This document shows, piece after piece, positions 24,241 to 38,187 of a stretch of 64,000 bases of DNA. The position numbers and the translations under genes are program-made. The stretch is from Octopus sinensis (lineage: Eukaryota). The notes below the pieces were generated by a model. It saw nothing but the letters and a program-made list of their open reading frames with translations, did not search any database and was not told the DNA's origin. The stretch is taken from the NCBI RefSeq assembly GCF_006345805.1, contig NC_043006.1, positions 91,574,001-91,638,000 on the forward strand. The letters are read 5' to 3'. How positions within the stretch are numbered: position 1 is the stretch's first letter; each line of letters begins with the position of its first letter.

Positions 24241-26330
24241 CGGCTGCGTTCGGTATTGTAAACCTTGATGACGCTATGCATTTTGTACGGTTGAGGTTCT
24301 TAATTCAAAACGTCGAGTGGGAAATGCTATCCGAAAAGCAGCCAAATGCTCAATCAAAAAGGCTGCGAGATTAATTCTCACACGGTTTTCGAAAGCTTAG
24401 TCGGCGGAGGAAAGTCTGTACTCATGGATGTTTCTCAAAACACGCCTGATTGGAGGAAAACAAAAGATGAAATTATCATCAAACCTCAGATCTGGTCCAA
24501 ATTTTTGCAACAAAGCTGAATCTATTAAGGGCATACAAAGCACAAATGGGTTTGTTAAATCAGGCGAACTGAAGAATAGAAACAATCTGTATGGAGCGAT
24601 TGTATCAAATTTAACTCAAAAGCTTTACTCGATACGAGTCTATGAGAGAAGGTACTTGTCGAAGGTGCCATGCAGTTCGAACGAAACTTAAATCATGGAG
24701 ATTCAAAGCGACAGTTCTTAAACATTGCAGTAACCGTGTGACTTTTGAGATTCCAAGATGATGTACTTTTTTTTAATATTTAATTACCCCTCTGATTTAC
24801 AGGCGTCGGCTGTGAGGGATTTTCATCTCAAAGACTGAATATTCAAGGATTTTATTGAGGAAAAGACAACAATGGTTTCCCGATTCCATTTACAGCTCAT
24901 TGTTTTCCCCCTACTCTCTAGACCTACAATCGAACACAGGGCCTTTAACCCCGCGGCAAAGGACTGAGTCCCGTGACCTAGTGGTTTTGTCTATGTGACA
25001 CACATTACGTCCTCCTCGAAGTCATGCATACATTAGCCACAACACTCACTTCCGCTATAAGATTCATAACTGGGGCCCTTAGCATGTGCTAACAAAGCAG
25101 GATAGATTGAAACTAGGAGTAGTAGTTACTAAGGAGCAACTCCAAACTCCCTACAACACATGAGTTTCCGCACTAAAGCCTAACCACTGGACGGAGTTTA
25201 GTGTTTTGCTCGGAACTCCTCAAATACCATTTTTACCTGATCAAAATGTTCACAAGATATTTCGCATTATGACAGTGCTGTATTTTAAAACCGAATCATT
25301 CACGCCTTTTGTCATCAACCTACTGGTTCGCATCTTCTTTATTCGATACATAATTTAACATGTTTACTATTGATGAAGACAAGGGGAAATATCTTGAACA
25401 TCTAATTATAGCTTGTAAGATCTTTCAAAATACCTCAAGTAGAATGTTGTTACATTTTATTCTTTTTTGTTTTTGATCGAACAACTTATTGAAAGCGCGC
25501 CAAATGGTGTGAAATTGTAAACATTAGCAAAACGCTAGCAACGGTTACGACCCGAAAACCCATGATGTAATCTATCACAGCCGTTCGACAGGAAAGCTTT
25601 CGCTCTGAAAAGTAATCTTTAACAACAAAGTACATTAAATCCAATATTTTTGGTGCACCACCGACTTTTAACCTACGACATTACGTTTACTAATTCAAAA
25701 TACCAATAATCTATAAATAACTAAAATTATAATTAAAGAAATTTCATAAGTAGTTGCCTGAATACAAATGTAACAACCATTATGTTTAAGAACACAAATG
25801 TTTAAGAATAAATTTGGTAATATTTGTTTTTATTGATAGAAGTCTGAAAATTCCATAGAATTGAATAGAGATAATTAAGGAGTTTAGTCCCTATACTGAC
25901 ATATATTCCTAGTTAAACGTACTTTGTTTGAAGTACCGCACTAATATCTTCGCGAGAGGATGTAACATTCTCTTATTTCCATCTAATAAGTGAAGTTTAT
26001 CTTTATTGCTATTTGATTCAGTGAAATAAACAGTTATTATTGAGAGGACTCGATTCAAAATACTTTATCCTGACCGGCCCAAAGAAATCAATATTACGTT
26101 ACAGTTTGACCAACATAGTTTATATTTGTTGGTTGAAAAAAGTATTAAAATATATCTTAGATTTCCACTTTCCACGAAAAGAATATTAGTTTAGAAGTAG
26201 TGATATATTGAGTGACATACTCGCGATAAATAAATAAAAATACTATTTCAATTTTAATTGCATTTCTTTCTAAATATCCTTTATTTCTTACTTACACATT
26301 AAACATCAGTTGAGACGTTAAGTCGGTGAC

Positions 26331-26390
26331 GAATGCACGGTGCCAAGTGGGCCACTTTTGGTAAGCAGAACTGGTGATGTGGGATGAACC
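26331..26390 (+). pseudogene. 28S rRNA: Isolated ~60-nt fragment of 28S (LSU) rRNA
   Basis: gaatgcacggtgccaagtgggccacttttggtaagcagaactggtgatgtgggatgaacc matches the conserved eukaryotic LSU core segment AGTGGGCCAYTTTTGGTAAGCAGAACTGGCGMTGYGGGATGAACC (recalled from known rRNA sequences). The flanks are not rDNA. Confidence 0.85.
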
Positions 26391-27844
26391 TATTCTGCAA
26401 TATAGATTTGCTACATTGGCTGCCGTTATCATATTTGATTTCACCTTTATGTCTCGTTGTGAAATTAGATCCCCGAATGCTTTTTCAGCAGTTTGGGATG
26501 ATGATCGATTCGAATCCCATTTGTGTCTGCCCTGTTCATGAATGTTAGTCTTCTTCTCACTTTCAAGGTGCCAACATAATGCTGTGGGTGGTGACTAAAA
26601 TATAAACAAAATTGTAACGGATCGAGAAGTCGATGGTTTCTCAGATAGAGTTTTTGCAACAAGAACTGGAACCAGCTGCCGAAATGGCTGACTGTATATT
26701 TTATTAGTTATCCAGCAAGCTGTAATATAACTCTACTAATTACAATCTTTATATTTAACCTGTCACTTTAACAATTATTCGAGGAATGTTTTAAAATGCA
26801 GCACTGTCGTAATGCCAGATATGAAGAGAATTTCCTAAAAGTTTAAGCGAATAATTTATTGATAAAATAAAGAACTTCAATATTATTTCTATAAATAAAT
26901 TAAAGCAATATTTATATTAATAAGAAGTTTACAGTTAAAATTAATTGGACATGATATAAATCTTAATTTTTATGGTTAAAATAAATGTTATTGGAAATTA
27001 ATATAAAATATTATCGAAATAAAATTAGCAAGAAGCCGTAATAATTGCGATTGATAATCCATGGATAGGATGAATAAGGACTTATAGTAATGTAAATTAA
27101 CTAAAAGGACGAGTGATCTAAAATATTTGAAGCGTACATTTACGTAGATAATACAAAAGAACTGTCGAAAGGAATAAATGTCTAAGATATAGATCACAAA
27201 CCAGCTTTAAAGGTTATCCAAATTGGCAAGATATTACTACACAGCATGGAGTAATGGGGAGTGTGGCCGCATAATTTTCCATTTGGAAGATGCCGAATAC
27301 CGCATAAATTTCGCTCATATTTCAGATGCACATAACATATGTTTATACCGACACTGCTAGCGAAATATGAAAGAGCGTTGCAACAGAATTTACTCTCTAT
27401 ATTCCCTCCATTCTAATTCTATAATCTTTCCAGTTGCCAATTAATATGCTTGCTTTTGATCCACTATAAAATTTCGTGTTCAAAGCCAATTGGAAAGCAC
27501 ATTTCTAGTCGCACTGCATGAATATGATTTCAAATATTTTTATACGATATTGATCAGTTTCGCTCCTTTTATATCAAATATAAGTTTCCGAATATATGGT
27601 ACTGCAACTGACAGGGGAGATAGATAAAGCGTTGGGTTCCAACACCAAAAGATTGGCATCGTTCTGTGCACACGAAAACAACAACCACAACAACATAGAA
27701 AACACGACATTTAGATATTACAAACCCAGTTCACCTACATTTAAATAGGTTCTATGATTATAAAATGTTTTTAGTAAGCTTGTAATTCAACACCTTCTGC
27801 AGATATGAATGGCCTATCAGGTTTAACTCTCTGTTATGAGCAAG

Positions 27845-28165
27845 CAGAGCCGTGTGGCTGAGGTGGTCACTTTGCAACAGTAAGGTTTCGGGTTCAGCCC
27901 CACTGCCTTGTATCTGGGGCATGTGTCTTCGATTATAGACTCGGGTGTAACACTACGGTGCGAGTAGAATTGTTTGGCAGAGAGAGTGTGAAAACCGGTT
28001 GAAGACGGCTGTGCAGTAAGAAATTTGTTTCCCAACCACGTGGTTCCGGGTTCAGTCTCACAGTATGGTACCGGTGACTAGTGTCTTCTACTATTGTCCC
28101 GGGCCGACCAAAGCCATGTGATTGGATATGATTGACGGAAACTTAAAAAGGCCGACGTATATACA
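27845..28165 (+). mobile_element. Two adjacent SINE family B 5' fragments (27845-27950, 28007-28165)
   Basis: ggttccgggttcagtc.cac..gtgtcttctactat..cgggccgaccaaagcc.tgtga.tggat..gacggaaact. Confidence 0.75.
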
Positions 28166-28166
28166 T

Positions 28167-28204
<38 letters not shown>

Positions 28205-28212
28205 CTATATAA

Positions 28213-28252
<40 letters not shown>

Positions 28253-28451
28253 TGTGTGTGTGTGTGTGTGTGTACTTTGTCCCTTAGCTATTTCAATGGT
28301 TTCAGAAAGAGGAAAAGAACTTAAATATGGGTGTAAGATGGCGTAAGCAGAACATTAAGAACGTAATCCAAATATCACACGGTATTTTGAACAATGTACC
28401 TCGTGTTCCAACGAACTCGGATATATGTATATGTATGTATTTATACATAAT

Positions 28452-28510
<59 letters not shown>

Positions 28511-30344
28511 CACGAGTAAGGGGACAAACGGAAGAAGGGTACTCAACGCAATTATTGGGAGATACATGTATGGATCAAAACATGTGTGCGAGTGTGTGTG
28601 TAGATAGATGTGCAGTCACACAAATATGCATGCACACACTCATACACACATAGATACAAGCACATATATGGATTAAAAGCACACACTCGTACACACATAA
28701 ATTATTATGGTCTCACAACATAGCGAGATTCAAAATAAAGATTGCAAACATCCCTTATTGAGACGCTTTGCATACTTAAATGTGAATATCTCTTTTTTCG
28801 CTGCTGGATTCCGCCTCTAAGTAGTTCTTTCTCTTACATATATTTCGTGTACATCCGTTCATGAGATTGTCCTCTAATGTCACTCGCAGCAAATCTAGAC
28901 TAGTTTCGAGTAACTTTAGTGGACAATCAGAAACCGTTGATTCGGCGTGATTTCGCCCTCTCAGTGAGGGGCACCAGTCGGTCCTTTAAGGATAAATAAA
29001 AAAACAACTGTTAAGAATAGATGTACACATTGTTGTTTCGATATCCGATGTTTTGCTTGCCTGAAATATTTCAATATCATTTTGGCAAGACTTTGCGCGC
29101 ATCTGCAAATGTTTTGCTCGCTGATTCGTATAGATAAGAACAGTTGTTCTCAATTGGCTTCAAAAGATCGGGTGGCGTCTATCACCGAGTATACCACTTC
29201 GAAACGGCAGTGTGTGATCGGCCATTGGCATCTCCTGGATCAAGTGTAGTGTTTACACATACCGTCTGTGGGGACTGGCCATTCTACGAAACCTGTCAGA
29301 GTAAGAACTTCTCATGAATGGATGTACACAGTAATTCTCTCTCTCTCTCTCACACACATACACACACACGCACACAGTTGTTACTTGAAAAACCAGATCA
29401 AACTCTACGCAGCAAGGGAATAAATCACGAGCTTTGTGTGTATGTACATTCACACACAAAAAAAAAACATTATATAATTTGTAAGTTTGACCAAATTACA
29501 GAGAATATATTGTATAACGGATAAATGTTCGTAACATTTGGTGCTCAATGAAACTAATCTTGTAAACATACAAACGCATAAAGTTGTATCCATATATGCA
29601 AAATCTTGCCTTGAAATTAGGCTCTTTAGGGGCCTTTCCAGAAACTTAAGTCGACCTTTGTCCTTTTTACATTGAGACCTGCTTCTATCGTTGATGATAC
29701 ACAAAGATAACCAGTCAACTGGCAAAACAGAAACGGTTCTACAAGAACGCATTGAAAGCAGAGAGTCTCGTTAGTGAATTTAGCAGTTGAGAAATTACAC
29801 GGCGACGAAATCTTTTGTGGTACCTCTGCAAATGAGATACGCTTGTCACCATGGCTACGACAACAAACACGAAACTTTAAATTACATACAACGGTTATTA
29901 TTAAGCTGCATTAACAAAAATTGCAAGCAGTTAAAACTCTGTTGCCTCCGTTTTTTATCCATGTATCATACATGCTATAAAAGATCTGTGCGTTTTCAAG
30001 CGAAACATCAACTGTATGATTTCGCTTCCCTGTTACATCGTTTCACTTCAGTAGAGCTCTATATAGTATTGATATAGCTATTATTCTCTACGAAAACACA
30101 TCGGAAAGAAAAAAATAATAGAAACTTGTGTACAAAGTTTTCTTTGAGCACATTGCTTGAATTTATCCGTTTGACGAAACACCACTGCAATATAGCATGC
30201 AATTTGCAGTTTTTATGCTTGGCTGCAAAGAGCAATCACCGAGATAAAAATTTCCTAATGTATAACCTTGAACGTAAATTGGAATGGGTGCCGTTATCGA
30301 GACTTTTTCCTCAGGAACAGATATTCATACAGAGGTAAGAATAC

Positions 30345-30346
30345 GT

Positions 30347-30389
<43 letters not shown>

Positions 30390-30422
30390 TATGTGTGAGT
30401 GTGTGTGTATATATATATATAT

Positions 30423-30460
<38 letters not shown>

Positions 30461-30529
30461 GCTAACATTATCGGATATATCCGGATGCTTTCATTTTATG
30501 ACAAAGACAGGGATTATATGTGTGTGTAT

Positions 30530-30585
<56 letters not shown>

Positions 30586-30590
30586 ATATA

Positions 30591-30623
<33 letters not shown>

Positions 30624-30680
30624 CATACACATAGATATCCATATATATATATATATATATGTGTATATATATATATATAT

Positions 30681-30711
<31 letters not shown>

Positions 30712-30753
30712 CATACACATAGATATCCATATATATATATATATATATAATAT

Positions 30754-30785
<32 letters not shown>

Positions 30786-30815
30786 GTTATATATATGTAT
30801 ATATATATATGGATA

Positions 30816-30859
<44 letters not shown>

Positions 30860-30973
30860 CACTCACATACATATATGTATATATAAATATCAGCCCTCTG
30901 TTCTGTCACTCTCATTTATGTATATAAGATCTATATTTAACACACACACACACACACCACACACACACACACA

Positions 30974-31026
<53 letters not shown>

Positions 31027-31090
31027 TATATGTATATGGACATATTTATATATAACACATACATATGTATATATATGCATAATCATACAT
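30345..31090. repeat. Large compound (GT)n/(TA)n/(CA)n microsatellite block
   Basis: Seen directly. It is the source of many YI-repeat pseudo-ORFs. Confidence 0.95.
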
Positions 31091-32509
31091 ATGTGTGTAT
31101 GTGTACTATATTATATACATGTGTGTTTTGTGTAGGCGGGCGAGTGTGCGTCTGTGGTGAATGGTTGGATGGCTGGTTGACTGGATGGATGTGTGCATAA
31201 ACTCAAACGACGACGCATACACTTTTCCTTCCATTTTGGCGATTGATTTCAGAATCGCAGCCTGTAATTTATGCATTAACCTGAAAGATACGTCTTTCAC
31301 CATGGATCTAATAGCGCATTCTCGATGGAAACCACTAGTTTTGCAAGTAAACTGCCACTGCTAATTCCATCAATCACACTACGATTGCATGTTGCTAGAA
31401 TGATATACATTAGAAATAATCTCTCACTCGAAAACCACCAGCTTATCTCGTAGGAAAAAAAAGGAAAGAAAAAAAAATATGGTGAAGCATTATATTTGCA
31501 ATATGTTGAAGGAAACAGAAGAACACAAAAGGAAATTAAAGAAATAAAAAAAGCATGATTTAGTAGGAAGTCGGTTGAGAAAAAATGAAGTTTGTATTTA
31601 GGGATGAAGATTGGGAAATTACAAGGAATAAAATATTTTATACTTATTTTATATTCTTTACTCTGTGTAATTCCCAATATTGCAACTATTTTCACAGGCT
31701 TCTAGCTATACATAGTCACTGAAAGTTTAAACATTTATTTTAAAATATCAGAGATAATACCTCATTTCATAAGGAAAAAAAATCCAGTAGCCATTTCTCT
31801 TCTTCATATCTCACCACACACCCAACCACCCACCCACCCGGTTACCCAAACCACCCAAACAACTCCCCCACATACTCATACATATACCTCTAACTCCAAA
31901 TTGTGTAATATAGTTATTCTCTGTAGAGCGATAAAAATGGCAGCAGAGAAAAGAGGTTATTTAACTAAATGCAATCAAATATGTATTATCGTGTATGTTA
32001 ATTCCCACAGGACCCACGTGATGTATAGTTAAAGACGTTCCGGCTGTGAGTTTCCTGGCATTTTTTCCATGATACAGTGTACCTAGTATCACGTTATTCA
32101 ATATAGCTGGGGGGTTTTCCTCCCAAAGTGAGACGTGTGATTTGAAGGAAATTTGGCTGATGTGCTTTCTAGGAAGTCAAGTGTTTGCATGGAGGCCTAT
32201 TTTCGATCCTGATAGCACATACTCCAATAAACATTTGTAAGATTAGTAGAATTACATCTCCAGTATCTTCTTAGGGTCAACGAGGGATCTTTAAAAGGTT
32301 TCCGCAATAAATAACAGTCTGCTTGACGGAAAATAAGGGGCCGTAGTCTGCCATGCTTTAACTGTAACGTCTTTGAAAATAGGGATAACGTTTTATTTGT
32401 TGGGTATGAAGAAAGGGAGACTGACCATAATATCCACTGTCTCTCACAGTCCGGTGAGATTAAAGCCATTAATATTCCTCTTGTAATTTTGTAAGTCAAC
32501 AACCGAAGA

Positions 32510-32777
32510 GATCGTACTCTATCGTTTCTGACGTCAACGTTTTCAGTTGATCTGACCAACGGAACAGCCATCTCGTGCAATTAACATGTAAGTGGCTGAA
32601 TACTCCACATTCAAGCGTACTCTTAGCGTAGTTCTCAGGGAGATTCAGCCAGACACAAAATGTGACAAAGCTGGCCATTTGAATTACAGGTACGTTTTTC
32701 CAGTTGAGTGAAATGGAATAACGTAAAATAAAAGGTGTCGCTGTAGGACACGGTCATGATCCGAATACCTTAACCAC
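32510..32777 (-). mobile_element. tRNA-derived SINE (family C)
   Basis: The reverse complement begins gtggttaaggtattcggatcatgacc (tRNA-like head) and continues aatctccctgagaactacg..cagccactt..ggctgttccgttg, which I recall as an octopus SINE body. Confidence 0.6.
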
Positions 32778-33246
32778 CCTGCCGCGCACCTTCTCGGAAG
32801 GAAAGATAGGTACGGGGGAAAATTCCAGAGGGATTGCATTGTGAGGAGGAAGGAATAGGTATGGCGAATAGGTCGAGAGATGGACACAAAAAAAGGGCTG
32901 AGAAGAAAATACACGAATAGATTAAGAACACCTGATTGGATGATTGCAAGTTCAAGATGGACAAGGAGCTAAGCAGCAGCAGCAGCAGCTTAAGCAACAA
33001 CAACAACAACAACAACAATTACCATCTCGAGATCATCTTATATAGTTTGCTCGCCTGTGAAGTCGTCATTTTTTTATATCGGAAGCCAGGCCGAGTTTTA
33101 TGAGTTGAATATGAAAGTAAGAATAAAACTTGTTTTCTGGAAATGAAATTCAAGTTATTTCAGCAATTCTACATGAGATAGTTTTGCTGTTTTCGGTCAC
33201 TGGTGAGCAGCAGTGATAAGAGACGAACTCCAAGGTTTATGATTAA

Positions 33247-33632
33247 CTAGCAGTATCGCCCGGCGTTGCTCGGGTTTGTTTCGACTCTTTAGAATTGGAA
33301 TTTTTGAAAAGTAAAAAATTTGCACTATGTAGTTATTCTCTTTAAGTGAACATCTTTCTGGTTGAAATACACCGAAAAATGGCGACACAGCAGTAAAAAA
33401 TCGTTAAAAATATGGATTTTCGTAGAAAAAGAGCACCTTTTTATGTAAATAATTTTTGGTGTTAAAATGGTCCGATTTGAAATTTTTCTACTACGGAAGG
33501 AAGAGCAAGTCTTCTTGTATCATACTCTCAATTTTGGTCAACTTGCATCGTAGGGTCTCGGAGGAGATAGTGTTAGTTGAATGCTACCAAACCTGCCTTA
33601 CACAGACAACTTCAGCTTTATATATAGAGAGA
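33247..33632 (-). mobile_element. Non-autonomous Helitron (386 bp)
   Basis: On the minus strand: 5' TC start (tctctctatatataaagctg), subterminal hairpin cccg-agcaacgc-cggg, CTAG 3' end, and insertion between A and T. Confidence 0.85.
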
Positions 33633-36129
33633 TTAATCATTTCGACGCCAAGTTCTTGTCGATGGCTATTTACTGAATGATTGCTTTAACTGGCGGCTCA
33701 CTTTCATCTGTTAAAGAGTTGCTTCCTGTGACTGATGTAAATACCTTTGAGGATTCACATCTATCTACACCGCTACATTGAAGTACACGCACACACACAC
33801 ATCTGTATCCGTCTCTCTATGTATTTATACACAAACCATACACAACGCCGCCACTACATATATGTATGTGTCTACCAAATTTTACTTCCCAAATCCTAGG
33901 CAATGTGGAAATACAATAGAAGGCACAGGGTCAAGAAGGTACACACGGGTACCAACCTGAAACCACATAGACATGTAGTATCCGCCGCTCAGCTATGTCT
34001 GCGTTCATATATCTATACATGTTATTTGTCAGAAGTGTCGAAATCCTACATGTTGATTTCTACAATAAAACACCTTTAGCACCTCGAATAACGCCAAGGA
34101 ACTGATTGACAGATGCAATAATACAGAGACAGTTAAAAAGCTTCGGCGATCTATTTTATTATCTATAATATTGATAAACAGGATTTTAGTGTCTTCGAAT
34201 TGGTGTAATTCAAAATAATTATTGCACGTAAGAAGCTACTTTCCAATTAGATTTACTGCTGTCACACAGCACAGTTTCTAGAACGAAAGAAGAGAGAAAG
34301 ATTCAGTGCTTTACTTAAGAAACAATCAGCGTTAGTGACTTTTAATCGGTTTCGCTTTAAAATCGACATTATAGCTAATAGATCATCTTGTTCGGTTCGT
34401 ATGGATAAATAGCTGTACGTACGTCTGTGAGCTTATGCTAGCGTATGCGTATCTATGCAACCATGCCTGTATATATGTATAAGTATATATGTACAGGCGT
34501 ACCAAATGTTTCATTGATTAGCAGCAGCAGCAGCTGTCGTCGTTGTTGTCTTTGTTGTTGTTGATGATGATGATGATGTTGAGCTGATTTGAAACAAAGA
34601 AGCGTAATATATATGGGGACATATGAATGTTTATGTATATATCTATATTTATGTATGTATATTATTTAGTATAGAAATTTTTAGCACGATATTAATAATA
34701 AAGTCGTTTTAATGTGTAGAAATTTTTAGTACAACGTTAATAATAATATATTGAAATTCATATAATATCTTTCAGTATTAATTGAATTACTTTATGGAGG
34801 TCCTATCTCTTAATTATATATATATATATTATATAAAATTCAATTAAATATCCAGAAGATATGATGGTAAATAAACAAAGTTGTCCGTGGACAACTTTGG
34901 TGAGATGTTTCAATATTGCCATTATATTTGCCGTACCCCTATGTAGTTCTTGAGTTGCTAGAATTATGTGCAAATAGATTTATTGGAAATGATGGCGATA
35001 TTTTTCTAATTTGTCGACATGAAAATGTTAATATTAGCTTTACTGTCTTTATACGGATTCACAATTCCTCAAGTAAAACCTAATAATATATGAAAGGCTT
35101 CCGTTTAAATATTCCTCTCATTGTTACAAGGAGATAAATTTATCAGGTGAGATTTAGTCGATTGACTAGACCCAAGTATATAACTGGTACTTAATATTAC
35201 AATACCAAAGAGCTGAAATTTATATTGTTCCTGGTGGAGTTTGAATATTCGGTGCTACAACGACTAAATATGCCAAATATCATTTAGTGTTCTCCTGTTT
35301 TTCTTGCTAAATTCCAGATCTTCTATGATGAAGGAGATACAAATACGATCCACAGAATCTCAATTCCAGATATAACCTACCACGTGCCGATCATTGAAAA
35401 CTATAACTAAACAGGTTGATGAAAATGATGGATAAAAGATACAGGGGTAGAATGTTGAGCGAAGAGACATTGTATTGAAGGGGCTGCCTCATTGTTTCAG
35501 CAGACAAAACGGGAAAAGGAGACGCGCTGAAACAATCTCTCGGACTCATGGAACTAGCATTTGCGGATAGCCACCTCTGCTCCCATAGCAGTGTGTAGTC
35601 CGGGGGCCGGAAGTTTCCACTGCTATAGACTCGACCATATATCTGTCAGAGAGTGGCCGATACATTTTCAGTTTTCCCTTCTCGGTTTGACGAGCAGCGA
35701 AGACTGGGCTGGCAGCCGAACACACCAGGATACCTCTGGAGATGGTGTGTAGGCCACGCTTTAAAATTGTATTTGATGTTTCTTTCCTGCCATCGTCTTT
35801 GAGGTGTTTATGTAAGAAGTGAGTGGAATGTTTTGGTGGGATCTTCGAAGATTTCAAGTGGATAACCTCTTTGCTTTTCGAAGGAGGAAGAGAGAGTGAG
35901 AGAGAAAAAGAAAGAGAAAGAGAGAGGAAGGGAGATAAATAAAGAGGAAGAGAGAGAGAGAGAGTAAGAGAGATGGAGAGAAAGAGTGAAAGAGAAAGAA
36001 AGGGGGAAAGAGAAAGAAAGAAAGAGAGAGAGAAATGACTTATAAAGTTGAAGAACATTAATGGCCGGTGTAGGAGGACGTGTGAACCCCTTGGGTATTG
36101 CCCCTTCTTCTACACTCAACAAAGGCGTC

Positions 36130-36260
36130 AGAATTCTAGCACTAGGCCAGCAATTTAAGGGGAGGGTGTAAGGTGATTATACCGACACCAGTGTATAACT
36201 AGTATTTATTTTATCGACATTGAAAGGATAAAAGGCAAGGTCGACCTCGGCAAAGTTTGG
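36130..36260 (-). mobile_element. SINE family A, partial
   Basis: Reverse complement of gaggtcgaccttgccttttatcctttc..gtcgataaaataaatactagtt. Confidence 0.7.
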
Positions 36261-37094
36261 TTGCAAATAATAACAAAACCACTACAACGAAATACTAAGA
36301 ACATTCGGCCAAGTATCAGAAAAGTCTGAAAATTTAAACACACTTTTGTATATACGTCATCGTTTCAATTGAGTACAGCTGTTCTAACAGCGATCCACAC
36401 ACTGGAACATAATTGCTTTCAGTTTTAACAACGGCTATACATTATATTCTTCCAAAAGACAGCTAATTCTCTGATGAGAGCCGTCTAGCTCTAGATAGGC
36501 AGTCTGTAAAGATGTAATTCACAGATTGTAGAGCAGATGAAGCAACGATTAGTTGGAGACTAGTTTGGCTAATTAAATTGTAGCGCCTAAAGATGGAGAG
36601 AAGATAGAAGCATTCAGGGTCTTGAAATAAGAAGCAAGTGTCAGTATTTCGTAATCGGTAAAGCACCAGATCGACATTATAACTTATACTTCAGCATTTC
36701 TGTTCGTATGAGTGTATATATTCTTGTTTTAATTTTTAAATATATCACCAATAGAGAAAGATTTCGAAACCAGAATCAAAGCATTTGCCCTGGAATCTAC
36801 ACAATATCAGCTGTATAGAGTGTATATATATTTTACTTTTTTATGTATAGGGTGTTTGGTCTAAATTTGACGATTTTCATGTTTCCATTTTTTTATCAGA
36901 AACATTTTGATGTATTGAATATTCAACTGGGTTGGAGATTATAAGCATTAAAATTGCTGTTTAGAAAAAGTTAACGGACATGGGTGAGGTGGGGGACTAG
37001 AAGCCATCTGAATGTTAGAAAAGAGTTATCGGCATCACGATGATTGGTGTGGGGAATAAAAATACCAGCATCGTGATTTGCTCAATGCTCTGTA

Positions 37095-37262
37095 AACGCT
37101 GGTGGTAAAGGCTATAAGACGTGATATGGGCACCATAAAAAAGACCAAGTCCTTCATAACTGTGATTGTCTTTGGGTGTGTTTCCACTGAGGTTGACGTC
37201 ATGCCGCCCCACATCTTTAAACAGGGCCTCAGGCGTATTTCAGAAAGCTGTGTGAAGTTGTC
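37095..37262 (+). mobile_element. Tc1/mariner (maT/DD37D-like) transposase fragment
   Basis: KKTKSFITVIVFGCVSTEVDVMPPHIFKQGLR resembles TKFPA.VMVFG.VSSEGDVMPPH.F..GL. The rest of the 192-aa ORF is unrelated read-through. Confidence 0.8.
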
Positions 37263-38187
37263 ACATTGGAGGATAGGACGTTGGCGACATTTTTGGGAAA
37301 CTGCTGATCACATGTGCGATGTCTTCCATCTAAAGATGACATTATCAGCATCTTCGGTTGCACCTTGGGGCACCAAAGAAATCACTGTCTCTTTTGTTTA
37401 TTACGAACTTAGTAGCAATCTCCTATTATTGGATTACAAGTGCATAGGTGAAGAAATAGCCCTTCATATTGATGTTAGTATTTTCTCCAAATCTTCGGGA
37501 AATATACCCATGCGTATATTTCCGGAATTTATGCATAGGTATATTCGGGCATTTCACACTAAATATGCCCACGCTGAAGATTTCACACTCAGGTTTTCTT
37601 TAATATATAGTAGTTCAGCTTTATGGAAGATAGAAAGAGAGTACAACCTGAGGAGCTCGCTGCCGACACACATAGGATAATGTTTCCTTCACCTTTCATT
37701 TATGCTGTTGCTCTGCAGTTGCTGACTGAGCCACACAATACGACGTTCGAAGACACAGGTCTCACACTACCTTCCTCACCTCTTCTTATGTAAAGCTTGT
37801 TGGCATCAATGTTTCTATAGAAGGATCTTGCAGGTTTTAACGCCCCTCTTCAACACTAATCAAGTATCTAAAATGTCAGTTGCCAGCACCGTTATTGTAA
37901 ATGCATTGTGGGATATTGTCTTGTTATAAGAGGCAGGGGGTTCCGACTGGGGCATTTTTCCAAGCCTAATATAACAATCTCGAGTCTATCTTTAATCACA
38001 GCACAGTTGATGTACAAACTTTGGGTTTGTGGGAATAATGTGTGTCTTTGTGAATGCATATATGTACAAACTTGTACGTTTGCCCGTATCTGTGAATATA
38101 TGTCCATGTACATTTGCGTGAATATCCGTGTAGGGTTACTGTTAGGTCCTTGTGTAGTTTTTAAAAATTTTGAATTTTAGTTTCATA

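Noticed and set aside
31190-31290. Possible minus-strand exon (LMHKLQAAILKSIAKMEG) after a tctttcag acceptor
   Set aside because: No convincing donor and no homology that I recognise.
32200-32500. Possible L1/Tx1 RT remnant (RLRPLIFRQADCYLLRK)
   Set aside because: The motif match is weak, and the longer ORF partly derives from the adjacent SINE.
36465-36510. CTGATGA-gagc-cgtcta-gctc hammerhead-like start
   Set aside because: GAAA is absent (TAGA instead) and no stem I or III partner was found.
37102-37680. Longest non-LINE ORF (192 aa) as a gene
   Set aside because: Chimeric: only the first ~53 aa are transposase-like, and the rest is read-through into unrelated decayed sequence.
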